Of a stretch of 64,000 nucleotides of DNA, positions 12,421-26,070 are shown in pieces. The notes below the pieces were generated by a model. That model did no database searches, was not told the DNA's origin, and saw only the letters and a list, made by a program, of their open reading frames with translations. Each line of letters starts with the position of its first letter. Position 1 is the first letter of the stretch. Origin of the DNA: Azolla caroliniana (taxonomy: Eukaryota > Plantae > Polypodiophyta); NCBI GenBank assembly GCA_043228905.1, contig JBHGNT010000008.1:5270001-5334000 (forward strand), given 5' to 3'. Position numbers and translations under genes: made by a program.

Positions 12421-13004
12421 ACGTAGACACACTTCAAGCTCTAATGGAAGCTTTCGTTATTCTGTAACTCTCTCTTTCTCAAGAACTCAAGATGAAAAGG
12501 TTTTCATTACAATGTTAGGTTAGAGCTTATATACTAAGCCCTAACTATTTGGACGTGTTCACACTAAGATACAAAGTGGAAGGAGTTAGCCTTTTATGTT
12601 AACAAACTCCCCCATAAAAGGTCTACTCTTTTCTATGTATACAAGAGATTTGGGGTTATCTCCCACGTAAACCTAGATTACAAAATTGATTTAAATTTAT
12701 GTTACAAGTCAGTCAGCATATGGTCGAGTTAGCAAAGGTAAAGTCGATGTCTAGCCTAGTTCGGCTAGTCTCAAGGTTTGGCTGATTTGAGTTGGTCAAA
12801 TCAACTTGTTCAAATTGTCTTTCATTTGAATCAGTCCGTTTGTTGGAGTCAGCTTGTGTCCGATTCTTGATTTCGGCCTTGTGTCTATTGTTTGTTGTCC
12901 ACTTGTCCTTGTTCTTGTGCTCCTCACTCGATCCTCGATTTGTATCTGAGTTCATTCGCCTCTTGATCGTTTCCTTTCTAGTCGGTACCTCATTCAGTGT
13001 TGTT

Positions 13005-13250
13005 TCTTCAGTCCCTTGTGTTTCCGGATCTACGAACTTCACTTCTATGGCGAGTTTGTTCGGGTCGGTTTTCGACTTACCTTCTACTCCTCGTTTGGCT
13101 TTCTTCTACTCTGTCGCTTTTCGTAGGCTTCTTCAGTCCCTTGTGTTTCAGATCTATGAACCTCACTTCTATGGTGAGTTTGTTTGGGTCGGTTTTCGAC
13201 TTACCTTCTACTCTGCATTCGTCTTTCTTCTACTCTGTCGCTTGTCGTAG
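13005..13250. repeat. ~123-bp imperfect tandem duplication in copia 3' UTR
   Basis: CTTCAGTCCCTTGTGTTTC..GGGTCGGTTTTCGACTTACCTTCTACTC occurs twice. Confidence 0.8.
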
Positions 13251-13289
13251 GCCCATCTTTGTCCTCAATGCTCCGAAGCATTGATCTGG

Positions 13290-15686
13290 GAGTAGCTTTG
13301 TCAGGCAATCAACGATGTTCACCTCGGTGTCGATCTTTCGGACTTTGAGCTTCTTTTCAGTTACTAGCTCCCAGATGTGATGATATCGCACCTCAATATG
13401 CTTTGCCTTTGCATGATAGAAAAGATTATTGATGAGATGTATTGCACTCTATGAGTCGCAGTAGATGGTCGGCATTGGTCAATTGATTCGGTTTGTTGCC
13501 GAGAAGTCGGTAGTCAGATCGCTTCCTTCGCTACCCCTGATGTTGCTATGTACTTGGCCTCTATGGTAGACAGGGTTGTGCACTCTTGAAGCTTCAACCT
13601 CCATGATATGGTGCCGCCACCATAGGTGAAGATATAACCTGCTGTTGACTTCTGATTGTACAAATTCCTAACTTAGTCAGAGTCGGTGTAGCCTTCGACT
13701 TCGGTCGGATTTGCCGATCCGAAAGTTAGTTGTGCATCTTCAGTTCCTCTTAGGTACCTGAGGATGTGTTTGACAGCCTCCCAATGCTTCCGTCCTAGGT
13801 TCGACATGGAGCGGCTAACGACCACTATGACATAGACAAGGCCGGGTCGAGTTGCCACCATCGTGTACATGATACTTCCTACTACCGACATGTAGGGTAT
13901 CTTTCCGTTGAGCTCTCTCTCCTTATCCGTCGAAGGAGAGTCTCTATCCGATAGTCGGGTTGATGTTGGAAATGGTGTTGGTTCTGGTTTTGTGTTCTCC
14001 ATGTTGAAGCGCTTCAACACTTTACAGATGTAGTCGGCTTGGGAGAATCAGAGAGTCTTTGTCTTCCGATTTCACTCGATCCTCATGCCTAGTATGTGTC
14101 GGGCTTGTCCAAGTTCCTTCATTGCAAACTTGTCGTGAAGGATCTACTTAGCTTTCCGATTTCGGTTTGATTGCACCTTGCAATCAACATGTTGTCGATA
14201 TATAGGATCAGATAGATCCGGGACTCGTTGGCCAATTGCCGAGTATATAGACATGGGTCGGAGTTGGACTAGTTGTAGCCGAGCTATCAGATGTAGGAGT
14301 CGAACTTCTGGTACCACATCGTCAACGCTTGTTTTAAGTCGTATAGGCTTTTCTTCAGTCGACATAAGAGGTGACTTTCCTCCCCCATTGCCAAGAATCC
14401 TACCGGTTGGGACATGTAAATGTCCTCTTCCAAGTCTCCATGTAGGAATGTCGTCTTGACATCCAGCTGCTCAAGCTCTAGGTCCTTTGTCGCCAGACCC
14501 CGAGTAGGAGCCGAAGGGTGTTCATCTTGAAGACTAGAGAGAAGAACTCATCGTAGTCAACACCGTGTTCTTGCTTGAATCCCTTCACAACAAGCCGAGC
14601 TTTATATTTGGGCTTCTTAGAATTAGATACATATTTGTATCTGAAAACCCATTTGTAGGGCAACGACTTCCTTCCAGTTGGTAGTTTTACTAGCTCCCAT
14701 GTTCGATTCTGATGAATCGAACCCATTTCGGATTTCATGGCCTGTAGCCATGTGTTAGCATCTGGTGTGGCTATAGCTTCTTTGTATGTGCTTGGTTCAC
14801 CTACATTGGTGTAGTTGACATAGTCGAGGTCTGGTTGATAGAACTCTATCGACCTTCAAACTCGTCCGGATCTCCTGGGTGCTGTATTGATCGGTTTGGA
14901 TCCTTTGATCAACTCTGTTGGTCGATCGGCATTTGTTGAACCACTTATGTCAGGAGTCCTGTTGTATGACTTGCCCCTATAATAGGATTTCGATGATGTC
15001 ATGACATCCTCCCCTGTTGCGGGATCGATTGACTTGAAGACAGGAGTCTTAGTCGACTCATGTCGGTTTTCCTCCTTAGCCTTTTTGGGTTTGTCGGCCA
15101 AATCGTCTTTGTCTTTTTCGACTTGAAACTTTTGGGCTTTGCTTGTCTCAACTCTTGTCGATTCGGTTTGGCCTTGGTTGGCCAACATTGATCTTGTTAA
15201 TCTCTTAGTAGAATCTGTTTCGGTTAGTGGACCTATTGCCGATTCGGAGTCGATAGGTGTATTGTGAGCTTGATCTAGTTCGACTATTTGTCGAATCTCT
15301 GATTCAGCCAAGTGGGTCAGTCTTTCTACAATGTCGCTGTCAATATCGAATGAGACCTTTTGACCAAATATTTTCTGGTGGTTCCTCTTAGAGAGAATTG
15401 AGTCTTCATTGAAGACTACGTCAGTACTCCAAATCAATTTCCGGTTCTCTAGGTCCCATAGCCTGTAGCCGAATTCCCCATTGGTTCCATAACCGAGAAA
15501 TATGCATTTCGTTGCATGGGGTGCTAACTCGGTCCTTTTCTCCCTGGGGATGAATGTGTAGGATTCACATCTAAATATACAGAGCCTATTGTAGGTCGGT
15601 TGTTTGCCTGGCCATAGTACCTGTGGCACTTCGAGCCTGATTGCTTTCGACGACGATAGATTAATCAGATATACTGCCATCTGCAA
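13290..15686 (-). pseudogene. copia INT C-terminus, RT and RNase H (degenerate)
   Basis: ORFs 14856-15686, 14478-14738 and 13673-14020 carry copia RT/RH motifs. Confidence 0.9.
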
Positions 15687-16727
15687 TGTTTCGGCCTAGA
15701 ACTCCAGCTTTCGTCCGGCTGACGACTTCGATAGGTTGTCGACTGCCTTTGAGGGAAGTTCAACATGTTCCCGATATCAGATTGAATCTTATATTGACTG
15801 GAAGGTTGGATGATGAAGGCTATAGTGGTAGCTTTCGAAACGGCAAGTGGAAGTTCTGCCGAGGAAATCTCATAATGGCCCAAGCACAAAAAGAGGGCAC
15901 TCTATATATGATTCATGTCCGATTGTGCAAGTCAGAAGTGAATGTGGAGAGTTGCGGCATAAGAGACTAGGCCACATGAGTGAAAAGTGAATGCATATCC
16001 TGGCCGACTAGGAACTTCTCTTAGAAGTGAAAGGTGTACACTTGGAGAAGTGTGTCGACTGCTTAGTCGGAAAGCAGAACAGGACAACATTCCACTTAAG
16101 ACCAATGTGAAGAAGAGAAGTGCCACTGGAAATGGTACACACAGATGTGTGCTATGTAGATGCTCCATCACATTGTGGTGGACAGCACTTTGTGACATTC
16201 ATTGATGACTGCAGTCGAAAGTTGTGGGCTTTCATACTAAAGTCGAACGACCAAGTATTGTCGTTCTTCGAGGAGTTCCATGCAAGAACTGAAAGAGAGT
16301 TAATCGGAAGTTGAAGGCTGTCCGAACTGACAACGATGGCGAATATAGAGGGTAGTTCAAAGAATATTGCAAGGCCCAAGGTATTCGAATCAAATACACA
16401 GTACCGAAGACCCTTTAGTTGAACGAGCTTGCAGAGAGGATGAATCGAGCAATCATGGAGAGAGTAAGGAGTATATACGCTCTCTCATGCTAAATTGCCG
16501 AAATCGTATTGGGTTGAGGCGATGTATACAACTATTTATTTGATCAACAAGTCTCCCTCAGTGCCATTGAATGGTGACGTTCCACAGAGGGTGTGGACGG
16601 GAAAGGATGTCTCCTACCGACACCTGAGGGTGTTTGGATGCTTAGTGTATATGCATGTGGTTAAGGATTAGAGGTTGAAGCTTGACAGTAACTCGAAACC
16701 ATCCATATTCATGGGATACTCGAAGGC

Positions 16728-17153
16728 TAACAATCGGCAACGGTTCAGTTCGGTTTGAGAGGGTCCAAACCAAACCGTTTAATTTTTTTGAAACTTGAAC
16801 CAAACCGAACCGAACCGAACCACAAAACCGTTAAACCATTAAACTGTAAAAACCGTGGATTCGTGGTTCGGTTTCAGTTTTCAACATAGGTCAACTTTTT
16901 AATTTTTAAATTTTTTTAAAAATTTCAAGATGGGCCTAAAATGAAAAGATTTTTTAAAAACAATCTTTTAATTTTTTAGAATTTTTTTGAAAATTTTTAA
17001 TTTTTTAAAAATAAAAATAAAAAATAAAAAACCGTTTAACCGTTTAAACCGTAGTTTTTGACTGTTGAAACCGAACCGAACCATTGAAACCGTTTAGTCG
17101 TTAAACCACGGTTTAGCGGTTCGGTTTGGTAATGTAATCGTTGCCAATTGTTA
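16728..17153. mobile_element. Non-autonomous TIR element (MITE) with AACCG/CGGTT subterminal repeats, copy 1
   Basis: TIR TAACAATCGGCAACG...CGTTGCCAATTGTTA. Removing it restores the copia integrase frame (GYSELYEFGYKLWD). Second copy at 46588-47058. Confidence 0.88.
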
Positions 17154-17542
17154 TCGGAGCTTTATGAGTTTGGCTACAAGCTGTGGGACTTAGTCGATAA
17201 GAAAGTAGTGAGGATTCGGGACATAGTCTTCGTGGAAGACAAGATGATTGAGGACTAGAAGGAATAGAAGTCGGAATCGACTTCCCAGTCAACCCCCACT
17301 ACTACCGACTTAAGGCCAACTGAACCGACATAATCGGCTATTCGGAGACCGCCAATCGGCACAGCCAAATCCGAGTTGTTTGACTCTGAGCAACCGATAA
17401 ATATAGATGAGTTGGAGTCGGTTGACCTATTGAAGTCGATCGAAGACTACGGGTCGAAATCGGCTAACCCTCAACAACCGATCGACGCATATGAACCCGA
17501 GCCAAGAGAAGAGTCAACAGAGACATCTGAATTGGAGCCGAC

Positions 17543-20500
17543 TGTCATGAACATCGACTCAAATGTGAACCTTAGGCCCTTGTATATATATTTCTCCTAG
17601 ATAAACTTTAGACTTCAAACCTTTGTATAAAGAGTGGTATGTAAGACTGAGTATGTAAGATTGAGTATGTAAGACTTGGCATGCAAGAATTAGTATGCTT
17701 GATATTATAATATGTAAGACTTGGCATGAGCATGCTTATCATGCATCACTACATGTATAAAAAGGGTTGATCTCCCTTGTTAACATCAAGGAGATCAACA
17801 CCAGTCATGGAATAGATATTCGTACTCATTGTCATCAACTTATCCATCTCTCTATCTCATCAACTTACCCATCTCTTTGGCTTCCAATTGTTCATCCGTG
17901 ACAAATTGATCTCCTTCTTTCATTCTTTCCTTCTTTCCTTCTTTCTCAATACACTATCATGTCAAAATCATCTAGTAATCTTGAGCAAATTTTGGCAGTC
18001 GTGCAACAACTCCAACATGAAAATGAGAACTTGCGAAACTCTGTTCAAGAACTTTAAGCAGCCACACCGGTTATACCTCACCTGATTGTAGACCCTTATG
18101 TTGTAGAACCCAATGTCAGCTTGCTAGACAAATTCGATGGAACAAGGTCACGGCTAAGAGGTTTCATCAACCAAATCCACCTTATTATTCGTCTTCAGCC
18201 CCGACGCTATTCTGATGACTTTAGACAAGTTGGGCTCATCGGCACGTTGCTGACAGGACAAGCACAAGCTTGGTTTGCCCCTCTAGTGGAGACCTCTTCA
18301 CCTCTCTTGAATGACTTCCAAGCATTTCTTACCGAATTTGAGGCAACTTTTGGGGAGACCGACATACGACGAGCCGCACTCAACAAACTATATGCGTTAC
18401 AACAAGGCAATCGTGCATCATCAATCTATGCATCTGAATTTCGTCAGCTCGCGTGCGATGTCGAGTGGGACGGACAAGCCCTCCTCAATCAATTCCGCTG
18501 AGGATTACGAGGTGAGATAAAAAATCTTTTACTTAATTTTCCGGAGCCCACATCTTTGAATGAGGCTATTTCCCAAGCTGTGCGCTGCGAGAACCGTCTC
18601 TTTGAGTTCCGGCAAGAGGAACGTCCTCACCGGATCCATCCACCTTGGCCAGTCGCTACGCGAAGTCACCTACCATGGTTGATGACACCGCCTCCCATGT
18701 CATCCTCCACTTCATCTTCAACTCCCGCCACTGATTCTAGCTCGCCAATGGATCGATCGAATTTGCTATTGACCATTGACTAATGTGCAACGACAACATC
18801 GACGAGCCAACATTTTTTGTCTCTATTGTGGCGGCCCTGACCATTTGATCCGCTCTTGCCCAAAAAGGGACCCCGTCAAACACCACATCGTGTGGATGGG
18901 GTTGACATTTTTGGCCAATAGGAAAACTACAATGTCTAGTTGAAGTAGGGCCTGTGCATCTGGACCACAAGAGTTGACAATTATGTCAAGGGCCCAATCA
19001 ACCGACTTCCTCGACAACAAGTTTCTCGATTCCGATCACTCTTCAATTTGGGTCTACCACTCTGAAGACAAAAGCTTTGTTGGATTCTGGGGCTACGTTG
19101 TGCTTTATTGACATCATGTTTGCACGGAAACACAACATTCCAAGCAACAAATTAACCGTCCTGATTCCAGTAGAAGTGATCGACAGTCGAACGCTCTCTT
19201 CTGGTGCCATCACAAATACAACAATTCCCTTGGGTCTCCACATAGGAGCCCACTAGGAAGAAATCACTTTTAACCTCATCACATCACCTCAACATCCTAT
19301 CATCTTGGGGTTATCATGGCTCGAAACTCACAAGCCAGTTGTGGATTGGCGATCTCGCTCCATCAATTTCACCTCAAATTTTCACTCACAAGGTATTACG
19401 TCCACCCTTCTTCGAGCCAATGCTCCATCATTTGTTTGGCCGCCTACTCCGGTGAGGACCGTCTCAACGGTTGCTCCCACTCATGTTTTTGGGACACCTC
19501 CCGTTTCTACTCCAATGAGAACCACATCAATGGTTGCTCCGATTCCAGTTTCTGCTCCAGTGAGGACCGTGTCAATGGTCGCTCCCACCCATTTTTCAAG
19601 GGAAACTCCCATTTATGCTTCGGTGAGGACCAGGTTATTAGTCCCTCCCATTTCCTCTTCAGCAAGAACCATGTTAGCGGTTGTTCCAATAGAAACAACA
19701 TCGATAGTTAGTCTCGTGTCGTCCTTGGAAACAGTTCCAACTCTTGCTCGGGTAAGCGATACAATGCTGATTGCATCCATTTCTAATTCTAAGGACATGG
19801 TGGTCATGTCCACTTTAGATACTACCCTATGTACTAGCTCTTTTCCATCAAAATACAATGATTTCTCTGATGTATTTGAGAAGAAAAATGCTGATCACCT
19901 GCCCGAACATCGCCCATACGATTGTCCAATTGACTTGAAAGATGGTGCTTGTCCTCCATTTGGCCCTATCTATCAAAATATACATTGAAGAGAATCTCGC
20001 AAAAGGATTCATTCGACACTCAAAATCTCTAGCTGGCTCTCCTATTCTATTTGTCAAAAAGAAAGATGGAACATTGCGCCTATGTATCGACTATTGCAAG
20101 CTCAATCGAGTCACGGTTCGAAACTACTTTCCACTACCTCTAATCCCCGAACTCCTCGACTGACTTCGGGCTGGGCGTATATTCTCCAAAATCGATCTCA
20201 GAGGCGCCTACAGCTTGGTGCATATCAAGCCTGGAGATGAGTGGAAAACGACATTTCGAACCAGGTATGGGCATTTTGAATACATGGTAATGCCATTTGG
20301 TCTCACAAATGCTCCTGCCGTTTTCCAGCATATGATGAATGACATCTTCTGAGAATATCTAGACCAATTAGTGGTCATCTATCTTGACGACATACTTATC
20401 TTCTCACAAGACTACATAGAACACACCAAGCATGTCCGACTTATCTTGAACAAACTTCGGGAACATGGACTTTATGCGAAACCCGAAAAGTGTGAGTTTG

Positions 20501-23133
20501 ATCAAACCTCAGTTGAATTCCTTAGGTATGTCATTTCATCTGATGGTATCACTATGGACAAGAAGAAAGTTGAAACGGTTCAATAGTGGGAAGTCCCTAC
20601 CATGGTCTAGGATGTGCAATCATTTTTGGGTTTTGCCAACTTCTATCGTCGATTCATTAAAGGATTCTCCACATTGGCGCAACCACTTATAGCACTCACT
20701 CGGAAGGATTCCCCTTTTTGCTGGACTCCCACAACCCAACTAGCATTCGAGACACTAAAAAAAGCTTTTACCTCAGCTCTGGTACTTCTACACCCAGATC
20801 TGACCAAACCATTTACGATCAAAACTGATGCCTCTGACTTCGCCATCGGTGCCATTCTCTGTCAATCAGATAACAATGGGATTCTTCATCCTGTTGTCTT
20901 TTATTCTCGAAAGTTCACACCTCCCGAGATCAACTACCCAGTTTATGACAAAGAACTCTCTGCCATTATTGTAGCCTTTGAAGAATGGCGTCCTTACTTA
21001 GTAGGTGCCGAACACCGTGTCCAAGTGGTGACCGATGACAAGAACCTCGTCTACTTCACCACTACTCGCATTTTGAACTGGAGGCAAGTGCGATGGTCGA
21101 CCTTCCTGGCTGACTATGACTTTCAAATTGTTTTTCGTCCCGGTGCCCAACATGGTAAAGCTGATGCCCTATCTCGGCGTTCGAAATCCGAAATTCGACC
21201 AGGAGATGAGACCTATAATCAACAATCACGTTGTCTCCTATATCCACATCAGATTCAGCTCTTTGCAGCTTATATGGGTGTAGATGAATCATTACTTAAT
21301 GCAATAGCCACAGATACTGCCAACGACAAATTTGCAAAAGAAATTAAGGATAATCGAGTCAACAAATCAACCATAAAGGAGGTATGGAATAGTCAAGAAA
21401 AATTTATGTTTCGAGATGGTTTTCTTTTTTGGAACAACTTAATGTATGTCCCAGATGGTTCTTGTCGTATCCGTATCATGAAGGAATGCCATGATGACGC
21501 GCTAGCTGGACATTTTGGCGTTGCAAAAACTTTGGAGTTAATCTCTAGAAGTTATTGGTGGCCACAACCTTGGAAACTTGTTAAACAATTTGTGAAAACA
21601 TGTGATACATGTGCCCACGCCAAAGCAGTACATCATCGTCCTTACGGTCTACTTCAACCTTTGCCAATTCCAAGTAGGCCATGGGCCTCCATCTCGACAG
21701 ATTTTATCACCGACCTTCCCAACATTGAGGGATTCAATTCAGTATTAGTGGTGGTGGATAGATTCACAAAGATGGCACATTTTATTCCATGTTCTAAAGC
21801 AATTTAAGGGATGGAAACAACAGATCTATTGTTAACAAATATTGTGCACCTTCATGGTTTACCGGATGACATTATCTCTGATCATGGTCCCCAATTTATC
21901 TCTCATTTTTGGAAGCACCTCTTCCAGACTCTTGGAACTTCCACAAAATTTTCGACAGCCTTCCATCCTGAGACAGACGACCAAACGGAATGATTAAATC
22001 AAATACTAGAGCAATATCTCCGATGTATGATAAGTTATCAACAAGATGATTGGATCAAATTTCTTCCAATGGCTGAGTTTGCCTACAACAATACTCTCCA
22101 CACATCAACTAGTGTAACACCCTTCTTCGCAAATTATGGATTCCACCCATGCTTTAGTATAGCTATCCCTGCTGGTTCTGTGAATCCATCTATAGAAGAA
22201 CGAGCTCGTCTAATGAAAGAAGTGCATCATGACATATCCCTAGAACTCTCAATTGCTCAAGAACGACACAAAGAGAAGGCTGATCAACATCGATGAGTTG
22301 CGCCTAATTTTAAAGTCGGTGACATGGTATGGCTATTACGTCGGCATATTCTGACAACTCACCCATGCAACAAACTTGATTACAAAAAGTTGGGGCCATT
22401 CCGAATCATTGATAAAGTCAACACTGTGGCTTTCCATCTTGCTCTTCCATCACACTACCGAATTCACAATGTCTTCCATGCATCACTTCTTGAGCTCTAT
22501 CATCCATCCTCAATTCCAGGAAGAAACATCGAGCCACCTCCCTCTGTGGCTTTGGCGATCGGGGATGAGTATGAAGTCGAGACCATTCTGGACTCGCGCA
22601 AGAGCCGACGAAAGCTCCAATATCTGGTATTGTGGAAAGGATATCCCATCTCTGAGGCTACATGGGAGCCCACTAGAAATTTACTAAATGCCCCGAAAGT
22701 GGTTCATGATTTTCATCTCCGATATCCTCACAAACCTGCACCTTCTTGAAGTCGGCACTTAAGGGGAGGATAATGTCATGAACATCGACTCGAATGTGAA
22801 CCTTAGGCCCTTGTATATATATTTCTCCTAGATAAACTTTAGACTTCAAACCTTTGTATAAAGAGTGGTATGTAAGACCTAGTATGTAAGACTGAGTATG
22901 TAAGACTTGGCATGCAAGAATTAGTATGCTTGATATTATAGTATGTAAGACTTGGCATGAGCATTCTTATCATGCATCACTACATGTATAAAAAGGGTTG
23001 ATCTCCCTTGTTAACATCAAGGAGATCAACACCAGTCATGGAATAGATATTCGTACTCATTGTCATCAACTTATCCATCTCTCTATCTCATCAACTTACC
23101 ATCTCTGTTTCTTCCAATTGTTCATCCGTGACA
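17543..23133 (+). mobile_element. Full-length chromovirus C (Tcn1/Tf1-sushi-like), degenerate
   Basis: LTRs 17543-17903 and 22774-23133 (TGTCA...TGACA), TSD CCGAC, PPT AAGGGGAGGATAA; gag KFDGTRSRLRGF, PR LLDSGA, RT YLDDIL, RH TDASDFAIG, INT, chromodomain YEVETILDSR..YLVLWKGY..TWEP. Confidence 0.97.
17960..22749 (+). pseudogene. gag-pol-chromodomain of element C
   Basis: Serial ORF fragments from 18121 to 22749, with many premature stops and a small deletion near 19978. Confidence 0.92.
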
Positions 23134-24809
23134 CCGACAATGGGTGGAAGGAGATACCAACTCAGAGAAAGAAGAGCACCAACAACATATGCCAGTCAGT
23201 ACATCCTCTTGACTGATGAATCATGAAGGTGAACTAGAGTGCTATGAAGAAGCCATGGCCAATGAGCACAAAGAGAAATGGCAAAGTGCAATCCAAGATG
23301 AGATGGACTCCTTGCACGAAAATTATACCTACGATTTGGTGGAGCTACCAAAAGGTAAGAGAGCACTCAGAAATAAATGGGTCTACAAGGTGAAGACTGG
23401 AGAAGTCAACAATACACTCAGATATAAAGCCCACATTGTGGTGAAGGGATTCCAACATAAAAAGGGTGTCGACTTCGATGAGATCTTCACACCAATTGTG
23501 AAGATTACATCCATTCGAACTATTCTGAGCATAGCTACCAATATGGATATGGAGATAAAAAATTGGATGTCAAGACATCATTCTTGCACGAGGAGCTGGA
23601 TGAAGAGATCTACATGCAAGAGCCCGAAGGCTTTGTGGAGAAGGGGAAAGAGAACTTGGTTTGTTGACTGAAGAAAAAATTGTATGGGTTGAAACAAGCT
23701 CCACGCCTATTGTACAAGAAGTTTGAATTCTTCATGATGGAACACAGGTTCCACAAAACACAAGCAGACCATAGTTTGTTCGTCAAAAGGTACGATGAAC
23801 GTGACTTATTGATTATCTTATTATATGTGGATGACATGTTGATAGTTGGACAAGACACGAAGAGGATCGTGAGCTTGAAGAAAGCACTAGGTAAGTCATT
23901 TTCCATGAAAGATCTTGATCCACAAAAACAGATCTTGGGGATGCACATAGTTCGGGACAGAAAAAATAAAGTGTTGTGGTTGTCACAAGAGAAATATGTG
24001 ACAAAGATCCTAGAGAGATTCAACATGTCAAAAGCAAAGCCAGTTGGCTCTGTGTTGCCGAGCAATTGTAAGCTGAATGCAAAGCAATGCCCTAGAAGGG
24101 AGAAAGAAAAGGCTGAGATGAGGAAAGTACCGTATGCCTCGGCCATCAACAGTTTAATGTACACCATGGTTTGTACGAGACCAGACATAGCATTTGCTCA
24201 AGGAGCAGTAAGCCAATACATGAGTAATCCAGGAAGAGAACATTAGGCAGCAGTGAGGTGGATACTCAAGCACTTAAAGGCATCTTGGGGGTATGCCTAA
24301 TGTATGGTGTCGGAAAACCTATGCTCGAAGGGTTTACCAATTCGGACATGTCGGGGGATGTAGACTCAAGTCGATCCACTCCAGGCTATGTAATGACCTA
24401 TGCAGGGGGAGCAGTGTCATGGCAGTCACGACTGTAGACATTTGTGGCCCTGTCAACCACAGAGGCATAGTATATTGTAGTCGTAGAGGCTAGCGAAGAG
24501 CTGATTTGGATGAGAAACTTTCTCAGTGAGTTGGGAATGGAGCAAAGGGAGTTCTTGCTTCATTGTGATAGCTAAAGCGGCATACATCTAGCCAAGAATG
24601 TTGCGTACCACTCGCAGACCAAACATATACAGAGGATGTATCACTGGTTGTGGGAGAAAGTGGAAGAGGGAGAGTTTACACTTGTAAAGATCCATATTGA
24701 TGACAATGGATCCGACATGTTGACAAAGAACCTATTGATGGACAAACTCAGAGTCTGTTGATAGAGGACATGACTAATAGACTGCACCCATAGGAGTGAA
24801 GGGGGAGTT

Positions 24810-25559
24810 TGTTAGGAATATGTCCCTCCTATGGGAGGAGTCGACTGGTCGGGCATAGAGACCCGATAATCAAAGACAAGGAGGAGTCGACTGGTTAGAC
24901 ACAGAGAGCCAATAGTCAAAGACAAGGAGTAGCCGATTGGTCGGGTCGAGAACTAAGAGATGATGTCATGAAGAGTCGACTTTGATAGAGTCGACATGGA
25001 GAGTTGATTGGGGGAGTTGACAATGGGGGGAGTCCAAGTTGAGGACATGACCGACTAGTCAGGCCGACCGGATGGTCAAAGAAAAGTGCGACTAGTTGGG
25101 CTGACTGGACAGTCAACATAGGAGTCGGCTAATTGACTGCTATTATTATTCGTATAATAATAGGAATGAAAGTAGCGGAGGCTACATTTGTAAATAGCCC
25201 ATTCTGTGTATAATTATAAATACAATTAGGGCAATGTTGTAACTGGAGTGTAGAATAGAAAGTGTAGAGTTCTTGTAGCATGAGAGTTAAAGAGAGAGAC
25301 GAGAGAGAGCGGCGGCAGAGTTTAACAAACTTGCCAAGAACCCTAAGTGGTTATCCTCTGAGCATTAGAGAAGATTTGTAACCATTCTTGTATTCTCGTT
25401 GTATAGTGGAAGACTTGTTCTCCCGTGGTTTTCCCCGTTTAGGGTTTCCACGTAAAACTGTGTGCATTGTATATTTTGTCTATTTGTTGCTCTATGTTCT
25501 GAGCTGTGTAATTTTGTGCATCTTCCATAGAGACATTTCGATTCCACCACTACAAACCA
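24810..25559 (+). repeat. 3' LTR of the Tnt1-like copia (end approximate)
   Basis: TGTTAGG directly after the PPT; U5-like TTTTCCCCGTTTAGGGTTTCCACG. Confidence 0.7.
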
Positions 25560-25599
25560 TTCTTGCATTTTTACCTTGAGTTGGAGCCAACATTACAAG

Positions 25600-26070
25600 T
25601 TAACATATGCAATGCAATATTCCAAGTTTCACATTTTAGTATCTTACCACTTCATGCTTAATGTCTTAAGTATTTCATCCTTGATGGTCACATACTTCAT
25701 AGTGTCACATGAGAGCTATAATAGGATCCTTTACTTAAAATCTCTTAAATTTTTTCAACTGTCAAGCACCTAACCAAAAGCGAGGATTTTATTCTTATTA
25801 GTTTTTTGTGCTTGCATCCTTTGTTCCAAGCTTGTATTGGCCATTTATGATCGAAGCTTATTATTGACTTTTATGATATACTAGTGTGAACTTTTTGCAT
25901 ATTTAGTACTTTTATGGGCTGAGCACATGTTTCTAATGGTGGGACAAGGTATGATTTTGAAGATTTTACCCCCAATAGTTTGTGTAAGAACAATTTTTGG
26001 ATTTTCTCTATTTCATTCCTTGCATTGGTCCTAGTTGTATGGTAGAGAGAAAAATTGACGAGCAACAATA
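25600..26070 (-). mobile_element. Probable non-LTR retrotransposon (LINE) remnant
   Basis: Peptide EIEKIQKLFLHKLLGVKSSKSY..LET resembles the post-RT region of LINE ORF2. Short and degenerate. Confidence 0.5.

Larger units (their letters stand above)
5257..15700 (-). mobile_element. Ty1/copia (Tnt1/Tork-like) 3' half; its 3' LTR (5257-5364 plus 12425-12604) is split by gypsy element B
   Basis: LTR TGTTGAAG...GTTAACA with the PPT complement AACTCCCCC at 12605. RH/RT/INT fragments on the minus strand ([40 protein letters not shown]). Confidence 0.85.
15701..25559 (+). mobile_element. Ty1/copia (Tnt1/Tork-like) lacking 5' LTR and gag; interrupted by a MITE and by chromovirus C
   Basis: HVPDIRLNLI..GRLDDEGY; INT LEMVHTDVC..FVTFIDD; RT YGLKQAPR and LYVDDML; RH near 24300-24780; PPT GGAGTGAAGGGGGAGTT; LTR from 24810 (right end approximate). 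Confidence 0.88.

Noticed and set aside
12713-13284. ORFs of 95-152 aa in the copia 3' UTR
   Set aside because: They arise from compositionally biased duplicated sequence and show no homology signal.
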